From Spirochaetia bacterium (GTDB lineage: Bacteria > Spirochaetota > Spirochaetia > DSM-2461): DNA of 64,000 bases. The translations under genes and the position numbers were made by a program. Numbering within the stretch: position 1 is the stretch's first letter; each line of letters opens with the position of its first letter. Under the pieces are notes generated by a model. That model saw only the letters and a list, made by a program, of their open reading frames with translations. It did no database searches and had not been told where the DNA came from. Shown piece by piece: positions 1 to 7,948 of this stretch. The stretch lies in contig CAXXIA010000001.1 of the NCBI GenBank assembly GCA_963666985.2, positions 1,312,001 through 1,376,000 on the forward strand, read 5' to 3'.

Positions 1-1010
1 ATCAGAATAATAATCTCCGGTCTGAGGGGCGCTTCTTCCTGAGAGCTGATGACTCTTCCGATACTGCCGTCCGAAAGAAGAACAAGGCTTCCCACCGGAT
101 AAAGACCCATGGCGCGGATGAAGATTTTTACGATTTCAGGATCGAATCTCCGCTGATTATCGCTCAAGATGGCGCGCATGGCTTCATATCCGATCATTGA
201 GTTCCTCCACGGCCGCTCGGAAACCATGGCCTCAAAAGCATCGACGACCGATACGATGCGCGCTTCAAAGAGAATATTCGAACCGGAAAGTCCTTGAGGG
301 TAACCATCACCATCCCATCTCTCGTGATGCTGCAGAGCGATCTGCGCGATTTCCTCGGAAAGCTGCAATTCCTTATTGATTATTCTGTAGGAATACACGG
401 GATGTGTTTTAAGGGTTTTCAGCTCCTGAGCCTCCAAGGCCCGATCCTGTTCCACAATCTCCTGCGGAACTCTCTGCATGCCTACGTCGTGGAGTAAAGC
501 CCCGCTACAGAGCTGAAAAATCTTATGCCGCGGACGGTTAAGGGCGAGCCCCACGGTAACCGACAAAAGTCCGCAGTTCACGGCGCTCTTTGCGTAATTT
601 TTCGCTTTGGAGCTGTTGGTTAAAACAAGCCTGACCGCGTCGACTTTTTTTTCTTCAACTTTTTCGATAATGGAGATGACAATCGTTTCGATTTCTTTTT
701 CCGTTACTCGGTCCAGATTCCTGATCCGGGAAAACATATCGTCGGTCTTGTCGATTGTCGAGTTGTAGAACACGAACAGCTGATCGTCGGCGGGAAGTCC
801 CCACAAATTCTCAGGAGCACTTCCGAATTCATCGACATCCTGTACGCTTCCTTCGGTCTCAACCTCTTCAACTTTCCAGTTTTTGAGCCGCTGAAGATCT
901 TTTTCCCTGATGGGAACGCCCGCAGGAATGAAGACCGTATCGTCTTCGATGTACACGGGATGGGTGAAGGTTTGTCCCGCTTTCAGGTCCTCAACTCTAA
1001 TGTAGTTCAT
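1..1010 (-). CDS. HD-GYP domain protein (c-di-GMP phosphodiesterase family), 3'-truncated by the window edge
   Basis: Not in the ORF track; read manually from ATG 1010 (MNYIRVEDLK...). Contains GALLHDVGM, HHERWDGDGYPQGL, ARIVSVVDAFEAM, FDPEIV and LYPVGSLV. Overlaps the 997-1260 gene. Confidence 0.9.
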   Translation of the reverse strand, partial: MNYIRVEDLKAGQTFTHPVYIEDDTVFIPAGVPIREKDLQRLKNWKVEEVETEGSVQDVDEFGSAPENLWGLPADDQLFVFYNSTIDKTDDMFSRIRNLDRVTEKEIETIVISIIEKVEEKKVDAVRLVLTNSSKAKNYAKSAVNCGLLSVTVGLALNRPRHKIFQLCSGALLHDVGMQRVPQEIVEQDRALEAQELKTLKTHPVYSYRIINKELQLSEEIAQIALQHHERWDGDGYPQGLSGSNILFEARIVSVVDAFEAMVSERPWRNSMIGYEAMRAILSDNQRRFDPEIVKIFIRAMGLYPVGSLVLLSDGSIGRVISSQEEAPLRPEIIIL

Positions 1011-1260
1011 CTCTTCCCCTGGTCTCGTACACGAATTTTAATATTTCCGCCACCGCGATCCAATATTTTTCGGGAACCGAATCGAAAGGATTCATCCCGG
1101 ATAAGGATTCGGCCAAATCATGCGATTGAATTACGGGAACACCGGCTTCTTTTGCGATCCTGCACAAAAATTCGGCCGCGTCCCCCGTACCCTTTGCCAA
1201 AACACGCGGCGCGTAATCACCTTGCTTATATCCGAGCGCGGCGGCTTTCTTTCGGTTCAT
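997..1260 (-). CDS. FlhB C-terminal-like small protein (EscU/YscU/HrcU family)
   Basis: AAALGY...APRVLAKG...A+EAGVPV...LAESL...VPEKYWIAVAEILKFVY pattern; 87 aa. Confidence 0.9.
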   Translation of the reverse strand: MNRKKAAALGYKQGDYAPRVLAKGTGDAAEFLCRIAKEAGVPVIQSHDLAESLSGMNPFDSVPEKYWIAVAEILKFVYETRGRDELH

Positions 1261-2246
1261 AACCGTTCCTCAAGGTTTTGAGCGGCATTAAGGGCTCCTT
1301 CCGTAAAGCCGTCGCTTTCCTCAATCGATTGAAGTGTATCACTTACAATGAAATTCAGCAAAGCCAGGCGTTCCCTGAATCGAGTCCATGCAATATCGTC
1401 CACCGCGGTCTCCGCTCCGATATAACAATCCATCCGAGGATTTTCTTTGCCGCTGAGGAGAAATTCAAACAGCCTTTTGCCGTCCCGAACGGTCAGAGCG
1501 ACCGTAGGATCCTTTCCTTTTCGTATTTTCCAAATCAGATCAAGATCCTGACCGTCCAAGCGGCGTTCCATTCTCCGAAACGTCCATTTTCCATCATGTC
1601 CGTCAACGCCGCTCAGAAGATCCAGAAGCGGTTCTCCCGCCTCACTTTCGTCGGCGGCTTCGGAGAGAAGCTCCCGCTGACTCGGGGGCTTCGGCCATTC
1701 TCCGCGGTTTTCTCCTTTACGGTCTTTCCCCTCCCCTCCGCCGCCGTCGAGAAGATCGCCGACGGCTTCAAGAAAATCGGCACCGGGGTCGGCTCCTTTC
1801 GAAACGATTTCCGCGTAAAGTCGCGCCATAAGAAGTTTCCTGCCCCGTGTTCTGTTCAGAAGAGCGCTTCGTCTGGCAGTCTCGGCCCCATCCGGGATGG
1901 GAAGTCCCGCCCGCAGAATCGCCGATAAAAGAAGAGCTTTGATTCCGAAACTCTCCGCCGGCGCGGCACCCGTACCTTGGGATACGGATAATCCGGCCGG
2001 CGGCATGCCTTCAAGGAGCTTCAAACGCAAAGCGTTTCCGCTTTGTTCAATTTTCGCCGTGAAAATTTGTCCGGGACGGAAGAAGAGGTGGCTTTTGGCT
2101 ATAACGGCACGATTATTTATAAGAAGAGACACCTTGCCGCCGGGCAGGATGTCCTTGACGCGTACGATAACTGTTTTCCCGGGACGTATTTCATCCCCGG
2201 GAATGGAATCGATCTTTCGGAAGGTAATGCCGACGGGCCCTGGCAT
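1257..2246 (-). CDS. Hypothetical protein, possibly FliK-like
   Basis: 329 aa ORF coupled (ATGA overlap) to the FlhB-like gene. Its N-terminal beta-rich segment resembles proteins that precede FlhB-C genes. Confidence 0.55.
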   Translation of the reverse strand: MPGPVGITFRKIDSIPGDEIRPGKTVIVRVKDILPGGKVSLLINNRAVIAKSHLFFRPGQIFTAKIEQSGNALRLKLLEGMPPAGLSVSQGTGAAPAESFGIKALLLSAILRAGLPIPDGAETARRSALLNRTRGRKLLMARLYAEIVSKGADPGADFLEAVGDLLDGGGGEGKDRKGENRGEWPKPPSQRELLSEAADESEAGEPLLDLLSGVDGHDGKWTFRRMERRLDGQDLDLIWKIRKGKDPTVALTVRDGKRLFEFLLSGKENPRMDCYIGAETAVDDIAWTRFRERLALLNFIVSDTLQSIEESDGFTEGALNAAQNLEERL

Positions 2247-2260
2247 GCTCCCCGATCTTT

Positions 2261-2632
2261 TTAACCGACAGCCGTCTGGTTTTTGCTCTTAATGAGTTCT
2301 TTAACCTTCGTTGCCTTGCGGCCGACGCGGTTGCGGATAAAGTAGAGCTTGGCTCGACGGACCTTACCTTTGCGAATCACTTCGAATTTTTCCACTCTCG
2401 GGGAATTGACGGGGAAAATCCTCTCCACGCCGACACCGTAGGAAATCTTTCGAACGGTAACCGTACGGCTTATTCCTGAATTATTGGCGGCGATCACCAG
2501 GCCTTCATAGACCTGAACGCGTTCGGTCTTGCCTTCAACGATGCGGTAATGAACCTTCACGGTATCGCCGATACGGAATGTCTCGGCTCCGTCTTTAATC
2601 TGTTCGGCTTCGATAGCTTTGATCACATCCAT
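2261..2632 (-). CDS. rplS: 50S ribosomal protein L19
   Basis: [44 protein letters not shown]. Confidence 0.98.
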   Translation of the reverse strand: MDVIKAIEAEQIKDGAETFRIGDTVKVHYRIVEGKTERVQVYEGLVIAANNSGISRTVTVRKISYGVGVERIFPVNSPRVEKFEVIRKGKVRRAKLYFIRNRVGRKATKVKELIKSKNQTAVG

Positions 2633-2635
2633 TTT

Positions 2636-3364
2636 TTATCCTTCCGACTTTTCTCGCAGCTCGTCGCGGACTCGTCGTATTTCTTCATCCGGCTCATCGC
2701 CTTCAATCAGGTCGGGCCGGTTCTTCAGGGTCTTTTCCACCCGTTTTCTCATTCGCCACGCGTCAATATTCGCGTGGTGTCCTCCGAGGAGGATTTCGGG
2801 AACCCGGAGGTTTCGAAAAACCTCCGGTCTGGTGTAATGCGGATATTCCAAAAGAGGCTGCTCGAAACTTTCCTCTTCCAGGGACTCCCGTGTAATCACA
2901 CCGTCCAAGAGACGGTAGATTGCATCCACCATTACCAGAGCCGCTATTTCTCCGGAAGAAATAACGTAATCTCCGATGGACAGCTCGTCATCGACATACA
3001 AATCGATAATCCGCTGATCAATTCCTTCGTAGCGGCCGCAGATGAATACCAGCTCTTCCGCTTCCGCCAATTCGCGGGCAACGCCTTGAGTGAACTTCTT
3101 TCCCGAGGGCGTGGGATACACAACCCGCTTATCGGAAGCTCCGACGGCATCCAGGGCTCTTGAAAGCGGTTCTGCCTTCAAGACCATTCCCGCGCCGCCG
3201 CCATAGGGAGAATCGTCGCAAACGCGGTGCCTATCATACGCATAATCGCGTATATTGACAAGTTCGTATTCCACCAGTTTCCTCTGCACCGCTTTGGACA
3301 TAATGGAGTCGTCGAAGTAGCCCTGGAGAATCCCGGGAAACAAACTCAAAATTGTGAATTTCAC
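2636..3364 (-). CDS. trmD: tRNA (guanine-N1)-methyltransferase
   Basis: DDSPYGGGAGMV, ICGRYEGIDQR, SIGDYVISSGE, LLEYPHYTRP. Confidence 0.98.
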   Translation of the reverse strand: MKFTILSLFPGILQGYFDDSIMSKAVQRKLVEYELVNIRDYAYDRHRVCDDSPYGGGAGMVLKAEPLSRALDAVGASDKRVVYPTPSGKKFTQGVARELAEAEELVFICGRYEGIDQRIIDLYVDDELSIGDYVISSGEIAALVMVDAIYRLLDGVITRESLEEESFEQPLLEYPHYTRPEVFRNLRVPEILLGGHHANIDAWRMRKRVEKTLKNRPDLIEGDEPDEEIRRVRDELREKSEG

Positions 3365-3873
3365 GGCTGATCATCCAGCCACGTCGCCGTGAGTACGATG
3401 GTTCCGGTCTTTAAATCCGGTTCTCCGACAAACTCGGCCCTAAAGGGAACGAAAAAAGTTCTGCCGTCGCTTTTTTGCACTTCCAAAAGGTCGTCGGAAG
3501 ATACGATGAGACCGACGATGGAACCGATGCTCTCTCCGGCTTCGGAGATAACCCTAAGTCCGACAAGATCCCGCAAATACCATTCACCTTTTTCAAGGTG
3601 CGCGGCCCGATCCCGTCCAACCCAAATTTCCATTCCGGCGCAGGTTTTCCCTTCTTCGGGAGTTTCCATGCCTTCCAGCTTGATCAGCCCGCCGCCGTGA
3701 TGCATGCGAAATCCTTCCACGCGGAAGGTTCGCCCCCGCTCGGCACCCCTTCGGCGCAGTTCCACCTCTTCGAGAGACTGGAAATGATCCCATTCACCCG
3801 AATGACTGGTTACTTTCAGCCAGCCTTTAACACCCCAGGAGGTGCGTATGGATCCTATGGTTACGCGGTCCAT
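3361..3873 (-). CDS. rimM: Ribosome maturation factor RimM
   Basis: IG.I...WGVKGWLKV, EWYLRDLVGL, FVPFRAEFV; lies between khpA and trmD. Confidence 0.95.
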   Translation of the reverse strand: MDRVTIGSIRTSWGVKGWLKVTSHSGEWDHFQSLEEVELRRRGAERGRTFRVEGFRMHHGGGLIKLEGMETPEEGKTCAGMEIWVGRDRAAHLEKGEWYLRDLVGLRVISEAGESIGSIVGLIVSSDDLLEVQKSDGRTFFVPFRAEFVGEPDLKTGTIVLTATWLDDQP

Positions 3874-3887
3874 CCGTGAAGAGCCTA

Positions 3888-4121
3888 TTAATCCAGAATC
3901 TCCAGAACAAACCGCTTCCCCGACTTGCTCGACGAAGCGCTCAAGATGGTCCGAACGGCTTTTGCGATGCGGCCGTGCTTGCCGATAACCTTCCCGATAT
4001 CATCCTCGGCGACCTTAAGTTCCAAAATCGTTGATTTTTCGCCTTCGATCATCGCGACTTCAACTTGATCCGGTTCGTCGACCAGGGAACGGGCTATGTA
4101 TTCAACCAGTTCTTTTTCCAT
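3888..4121 (-). CDS. khpA: KH-domain RNA-binding protein KhpA
   Basis: LVEYIARSLVDEP, DIGKVIGKHGRIAKAVR; canonical position after rpsP. Confidence 0.93.
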   Translation of the reverse strand: MEKELVEYIARSLVDEPDQVEVAMIEGEKSTILELKVAEDDIGKVIGKHGRIAKAVRTILSASSSKSGKRFVLEILD

Positions 4122-4128
4122 AACCGGC

Positions 4129-4380
4129 CTACTTGACCGTGATGTTGATACTGTTCAGCAGGCGCTTAACGGTCGGGGTGGGACGAGCTCCTTTACCGAG
4201 CCAATCCTTTACCTTCTCTTCCTCTATTGAAAGCTGCTTGCCTTCAGATTCGATGGGATGATAATAGCCGACCTCTTCGATGGTTCGTCCGTCCCGAGGT
4301 TTTCGGGAATCCATCACGACGATCCTGTAATAAGGCCTCTTTTTGGTACCGATCCTTTTGAGTCTGATTTTAACGCTCAT
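4129..4380 (-). CDS. rpsP: 30S ribosomal protein S16
   Basis: [38 protein letters not shown]. Confidence 0.98.
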   Translation of the reverse strand: MSVKIRLKRIGTKKRPYYRIVVMDSRKPRDGRTIEEVGYYHPIESEGKQLSIEEEKVKDWLGKGARPTPTVKRLLNSINITVK

Positions 4381-4456
4381 GTGTGTTCAACTCCTTTGTG
4401 TCTTATCGGGCCTTTCGGATCAAACGGCCGATTTCCCGACACATCAACTTCAACTT

Positions 4457-5791
4457 CTATGTATTTGGGCCCATTGTGCCCATGAGCTGCTGCTGCAGTT
4501 TCTTATTTTTCGCCACTTTTTTCATCATGTTCCGCGTTTTATCAAAGTTCTTCAGCAGACGGTTCACGTCGGCGATATTCGTGCCGCTGCCTTTGGCGAT
4601 TCGTTTGCGCCGCGGAGGACCGATTATACGGTGATTCCGCCTCTCTTCCAAGGTCATGGAAAGGATGATGGCTTCTTCCTTCTTCCATTTCGCTTCATCA
4701 ATCTGCGATTCGTCGATGCGGCCGGCCATTCCGGGAAGCATTTCGAGAATGGACTGCATGCTTCCCATCTTCCGCATTCGGGAAAACTGATCGAGATAAT
4801 CTTCCAGGGTGAATGCGGCTTTCGCCATTTTTTCCTGAAGTTTCGCCGCTTCTTCAACGTCGATGGTCTCCTGGGCCTTTTCCACCAGGGAGACGACATC
4901 TCCCATGCCCAGAATGCGCGAAGCGATGCGTTCCGGATGAAATGGCTCCAGATTTTCGATTTTTTCGCCGACGCCGATGAATTTAACCGGTTTTCCGATA
5001 ACGCTTTTAAAGGACAAGGCGGCGCCGCCGCGGGCGTCGGAATCGAACTTACTTAAAACAATGCCCGTCAAATCCAGGCTTTCATCAAAACTTTTGGCAA
5101 TTTCAACGGCGTTCTGACCGGTCATGGCGTCGGCGACAAGCAGGATTTCATCCGGAGAGAGGGTGTTTTTCACCCGGACGAGTTCCTTCATCAAATCTTC
5201 GTCCACCTGCATTCGGCCGGCCGTATCGACGATAAGAACGTCGTACTGTTCTTTCTTCGCCTTTTTCAGGGCATTGGCGGCGACCTTCTCGGGTTTCGAA
5301 CCGTCCTCACGGTAGATTGCCACGCCGACTTGTCCGGCAAGAACGCCGAGCTGATCAGCGGCGGCCGGCCGGGTGAGGTCCGCGGCGGCGAGCAGAACTC
5401 GGCGGCCTTGGTTTTTCAGTCTTGCGGCGAGTTTTCCGGCCGTTGTGGTTTTACCCGATCCCTGGAGACCGGCCATCAGAATGACCGTGACGGTGTCGGG
5501 GCCTTTGAGCTCCAGCTCGGCCGTTCCTTCTCCGAGTAATCCGATGATTTTATCGTGAACGATCTTAACGAACTGCTGTCCGGGATTAACGGCCCTGAGA
5601 ACCTTTTCGCCCGTGGCTTCTTCGATGGTCCGGTTAACCAGCCGCCTGACGACGCGGAGATTCACATCGGCTTCCAGAAGGGCTGTTTTAATTTCCTCGA
5701 CGGCATCCCGAATGTTCTTCTCGTTTATCCGGGCGTTGCCCGACATTCTCCGGGTGATATCCGAGAAGGTTTCCGTCAATTTTTCAAGCAT
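4457..5791 (-). CDS. ffh: Signal recognition particle protein
   Basis: ALLEADVN, GLQGSGKTTT, DTAGR, DSDARGGAALS, RILGMGDV and a Met-rich M domain. Confidence 0.98.
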   Translation of the reverse strand: MLEKLTETFSDITRRMSGNARINEKNIRDAVEEIKTALLEADVNLRVVRRLVNRTIEEATGEKVLRAVNPGQQFVKIVHDKIIGLLGEGTAELELKGPDTVTVILMAGLQGSGKTTTAGKLAARLKNQGRRVLLAAADLTRPAAADQLGVLAGQVGVAIYREDGSKPEKVAANALKKAKKEQYDVLIVDTAGRMQVDEDLMKELVRVKNTLSPDEILLVADAMTGQNAVEIAKSFDESLDLTGIVLSKFDSDARGGAALSFKSVIGKPVKFIGVGEKIENLEPFHPERIASRILGMGDVVSLVEKAQETIDVEEAAKLQEKMAKAAFTLEDYLDQFSRMRKMGSMQSILEMLPGMAGRIDESQIDEAKWKKEEAIILSMTLEERRNHRIIGPPRRKRIAKGSGTNIADVNRLLKNFDKTRNMMKKVAKNKKLQQQLMGTMGPNT

Positions 5792-5855
5792 GGACCGTTT
5801 TCCTTGTATGGGCGTACCGGCGCGACACCGGCGGTGATTCGGCGAAGCACCACAC

Positions 5856-5885
5856 TTTATACATTCGTGAAGGCGCGTGAGTCAA
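5856..5885 (-). promoter_or_regulatory. Candidate sigma70 promoter for the ffh operon
   Basis: Minus strand TTGACT-N18-TATAAA. Confidence 0.4.
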
Positions 5886-5930
5886 CTCAAAACAACCGGC
5901 CGCGGCGGTATATCGGCACATGCTAAAGAA

Positions 5931-7550
5931 TTATCTTACACGAAAATACTGACGCTGCAGCCAGAAAAGTCTTTCCTGCGAAAGATCCTTCCATTTGGAG
6001 AGCGGCCAATCCGTAATAACTTTCCGATAGAGTTCCGCGGCCCGATCCATATCACGGCCTTCTCCGGGCTTTTCCAGAGAACTCGCAAGCTTATAGAGCC
6101 ACTCGGGGGTTCGTTCGCTTTCATCCATGGCGGCCAGCGACTCCAGAGCAAGCCGGCGCTGGCCGGCGTATCCCGCGCTCTTCTCCAGGATTTCCACGGT
6201 TTGAGCGAGGACCTCTTCTTCCGCTCCGTCTTCTATATAGGATGGGAGCCAAGTTATAAGCTGTGCCGTTGAGCCGCTCCGGGCGGCAAGTTCCATCAAA
6301 GCGGCCCGTGCCCGGCGGCCTTTCTCATCATGAGAAGAAGCTTCGCGTTCCAGAAGTTCCAGGGCTTCTCCAATACGTCCGGATTCGGCCGCTTCCTTTG
6401 CCGATTCGATTCCGGCGAATCCGTTACTTTCACCGCCGTTTCCCCGAAGGCCCTCATCGGAGGAAATGTTGTTCTCCCCAACGCCGACAATCCGCACCGC
6501 TCTCTCGCTTCCTCCCGAAGAAAGATCCTGCCGTTCAAATACGAGGTTCCAGCGGCCCGTATCGCTGAACTCAAAAAGAAAACGTGTTGAATCGCCGTCC
6601 CGCTCCCGATCCAGAAAACGCCAGGGACCCGGTGTGGAAAGATCGGAACGGAAAACCCAGCCCTGTCCTTGAAGTATCACCGAGATTTCACCGGGCTCGG
6701 GAATGGTTCGGTCGGGGGCTTCCGCCGAAGATGCGGGGTAGCGCGTTTGGATTTCGGATTCGCCGGGAGACGCGGCGGGAGATCGAACGATGCTCGGGCT
6801 CTCGGGAAAGGTCTCCGCCGTTCCCGAGACCTTATCGGTATGGCCGAGAGCTTCATCGGTTCCCGACTCAATGGACTCGGGGGCGTTAACCGTACTCCCG
6901 GTTGAAAAATCATATGGCTGATCTTCGGTAAGAAGAGGATTTTGCGGTCTCTCGCCGTTTTCACCCCGGGATGAATCATTAGATGAAGATTCCGTTGGAA
7001 AAACGCTTAGGCCGGAATCCCCGCCCCCGGCGATGTTCACTTTATCTTCGGCCGCCCTTGGAATCTCCGATTCCGAGTCTCCGGAGGTTATTCCGTTCGC
7101 AAAATCAATCACCGATTCGGCATTTGAGTCTTCGGGGGGCTTCTTAACCGGTTTTTCCTTAATGGGATCGGCGCCGCCGACGGAATGTTCTTCGGCCGGA
7201 CTTTCATAAAAGATATCGGAATCACCGATCGGCGATTCGTTTTTTCCCTCAGGTTTTTCAATGGCGGAGGAATCCGCCGATTCGGGTTCGTCCACGGTTT
7301 CCACGGTTTCCGGGGTTTTTAAATCCGCTTCAGCCGCGGCCTGAGCCGCTTCATTTTGCCCTTCCGTTTGAACTTCGGGACTCTCCGTTCTCTGGAGTTC
7401 CGCTCCATTCGCGGGCACAGCCGGAGCGGCTGTGTCCGCGCTCTTGGCTGTGTCCGCTGTGTCATTCGACGGAGAACCCGCGCAGGCGATGAGTAAAATC
7501 ACCGAAGCGACGGCGGCCGATCGATACGGAAAAAAACGCAGAGGATTCAA
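5931..7550 (-). CDS. Lipoprotein with long acidic disordered region and C-terminal TPR-like helices
   Basis: Lipobox LLIAC, about 250 aa E/S/P/A-rich linker, then a C-terminal helical region (WLYKLA...AAELYRKVITDWPLS). Confidence 0.7.
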   Translation of the reverse strand: MNPLRFFPYRSAAVASVILLIACAGSPSNDTADTAKSADTAAPAVPANGAELQRTESPEVQTEGQNEAAQAAAEADLKTPETVETVDEPESADSSAIEKPEGKNESPIGDSDIFYESPAEEHSVGGADPIKEKPVKKPPEDSNAESVIDFANGITSGDSESEIPRAAEDKVNIAGGGDSGLSVFPTESSSNDSSRGENGERPQNPLLTEDQPYDFSTGSTVNAPESIESGTDEALGHTDKVSGTAETFPESPSIVRSPAASPGESEIQTRYPASSAEAPDRTIPEPGEISVILQGQGWVFRSDLSTPGPWRFLDRERDGDSTRFLFEFSDTGRWNLVFERQDLSSGGSERAVRIVGVGENNISSDEGLRGNGGESNGFAGIESAKEAAESGRIGEALELLEREASSHDEKGRRARAALMELAARSGSTAQLITWLPSYIEDGAEEEVLAQTVEILEKSAGYAGQRRLALESLAAMDESERTPEWLYKLASSLEKPGEGRDMDRAAELYRKVITDWPLSKWKDLSQERLFWLQRQYFRVR

Positions 7551-7948
7551 GGTTTCTCCGCCCGCGGAAGCGGCGAGACGTTTAAGGAGTTTAAAACTTT
7601 CGCATCATTATCTTCACGCAATGTGTCGAGTCCCGCTTCGGAAGGATCGATCCAGTATTGCCGGATTTCGTCTTCCGTCCAAAAACGTTTCGGTTCCCTC
7701 ACCGGATAGGTTACACCCGCTTCCGGATTTCGCGCGTCGAGATAAAAATCCTCCATTCCGAAAGAGGTGCTGCTGGCCAGAGCCTGTGTTTCCCGGCGCC
7801 GGCGTTCTTCTTCGATAATCCGCGCATTGCGATCTCTTGCGGAAATACTCACGACAATGGCGATCACGGAAATCAGCGTAATGAGAACAAAACTGCCGAG
7901 AAGAATGACCAATCCTTTTTTATCGATCAGCCGCAACGGGTTCTTCAT
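7547..7948 (-). CDS. Hypothetical single-pass membrane protein
   Basis: N-terminal hydrophobic helix; overlaps the smc end and the lipoprotein start. Confidence 0.7.
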   Translation of the reverse strand: MKNPLRLIDKKGLVILLGSFVLITLISVIAIVVSISARDRNARIIEEERRRRETQALASSTSFGMEDFYLDARNPEAGVTYPVREPKRFWTEDEIRQYWIDPSEAGLDTLREDNDAKVLNSLNVSPLPRAEKP

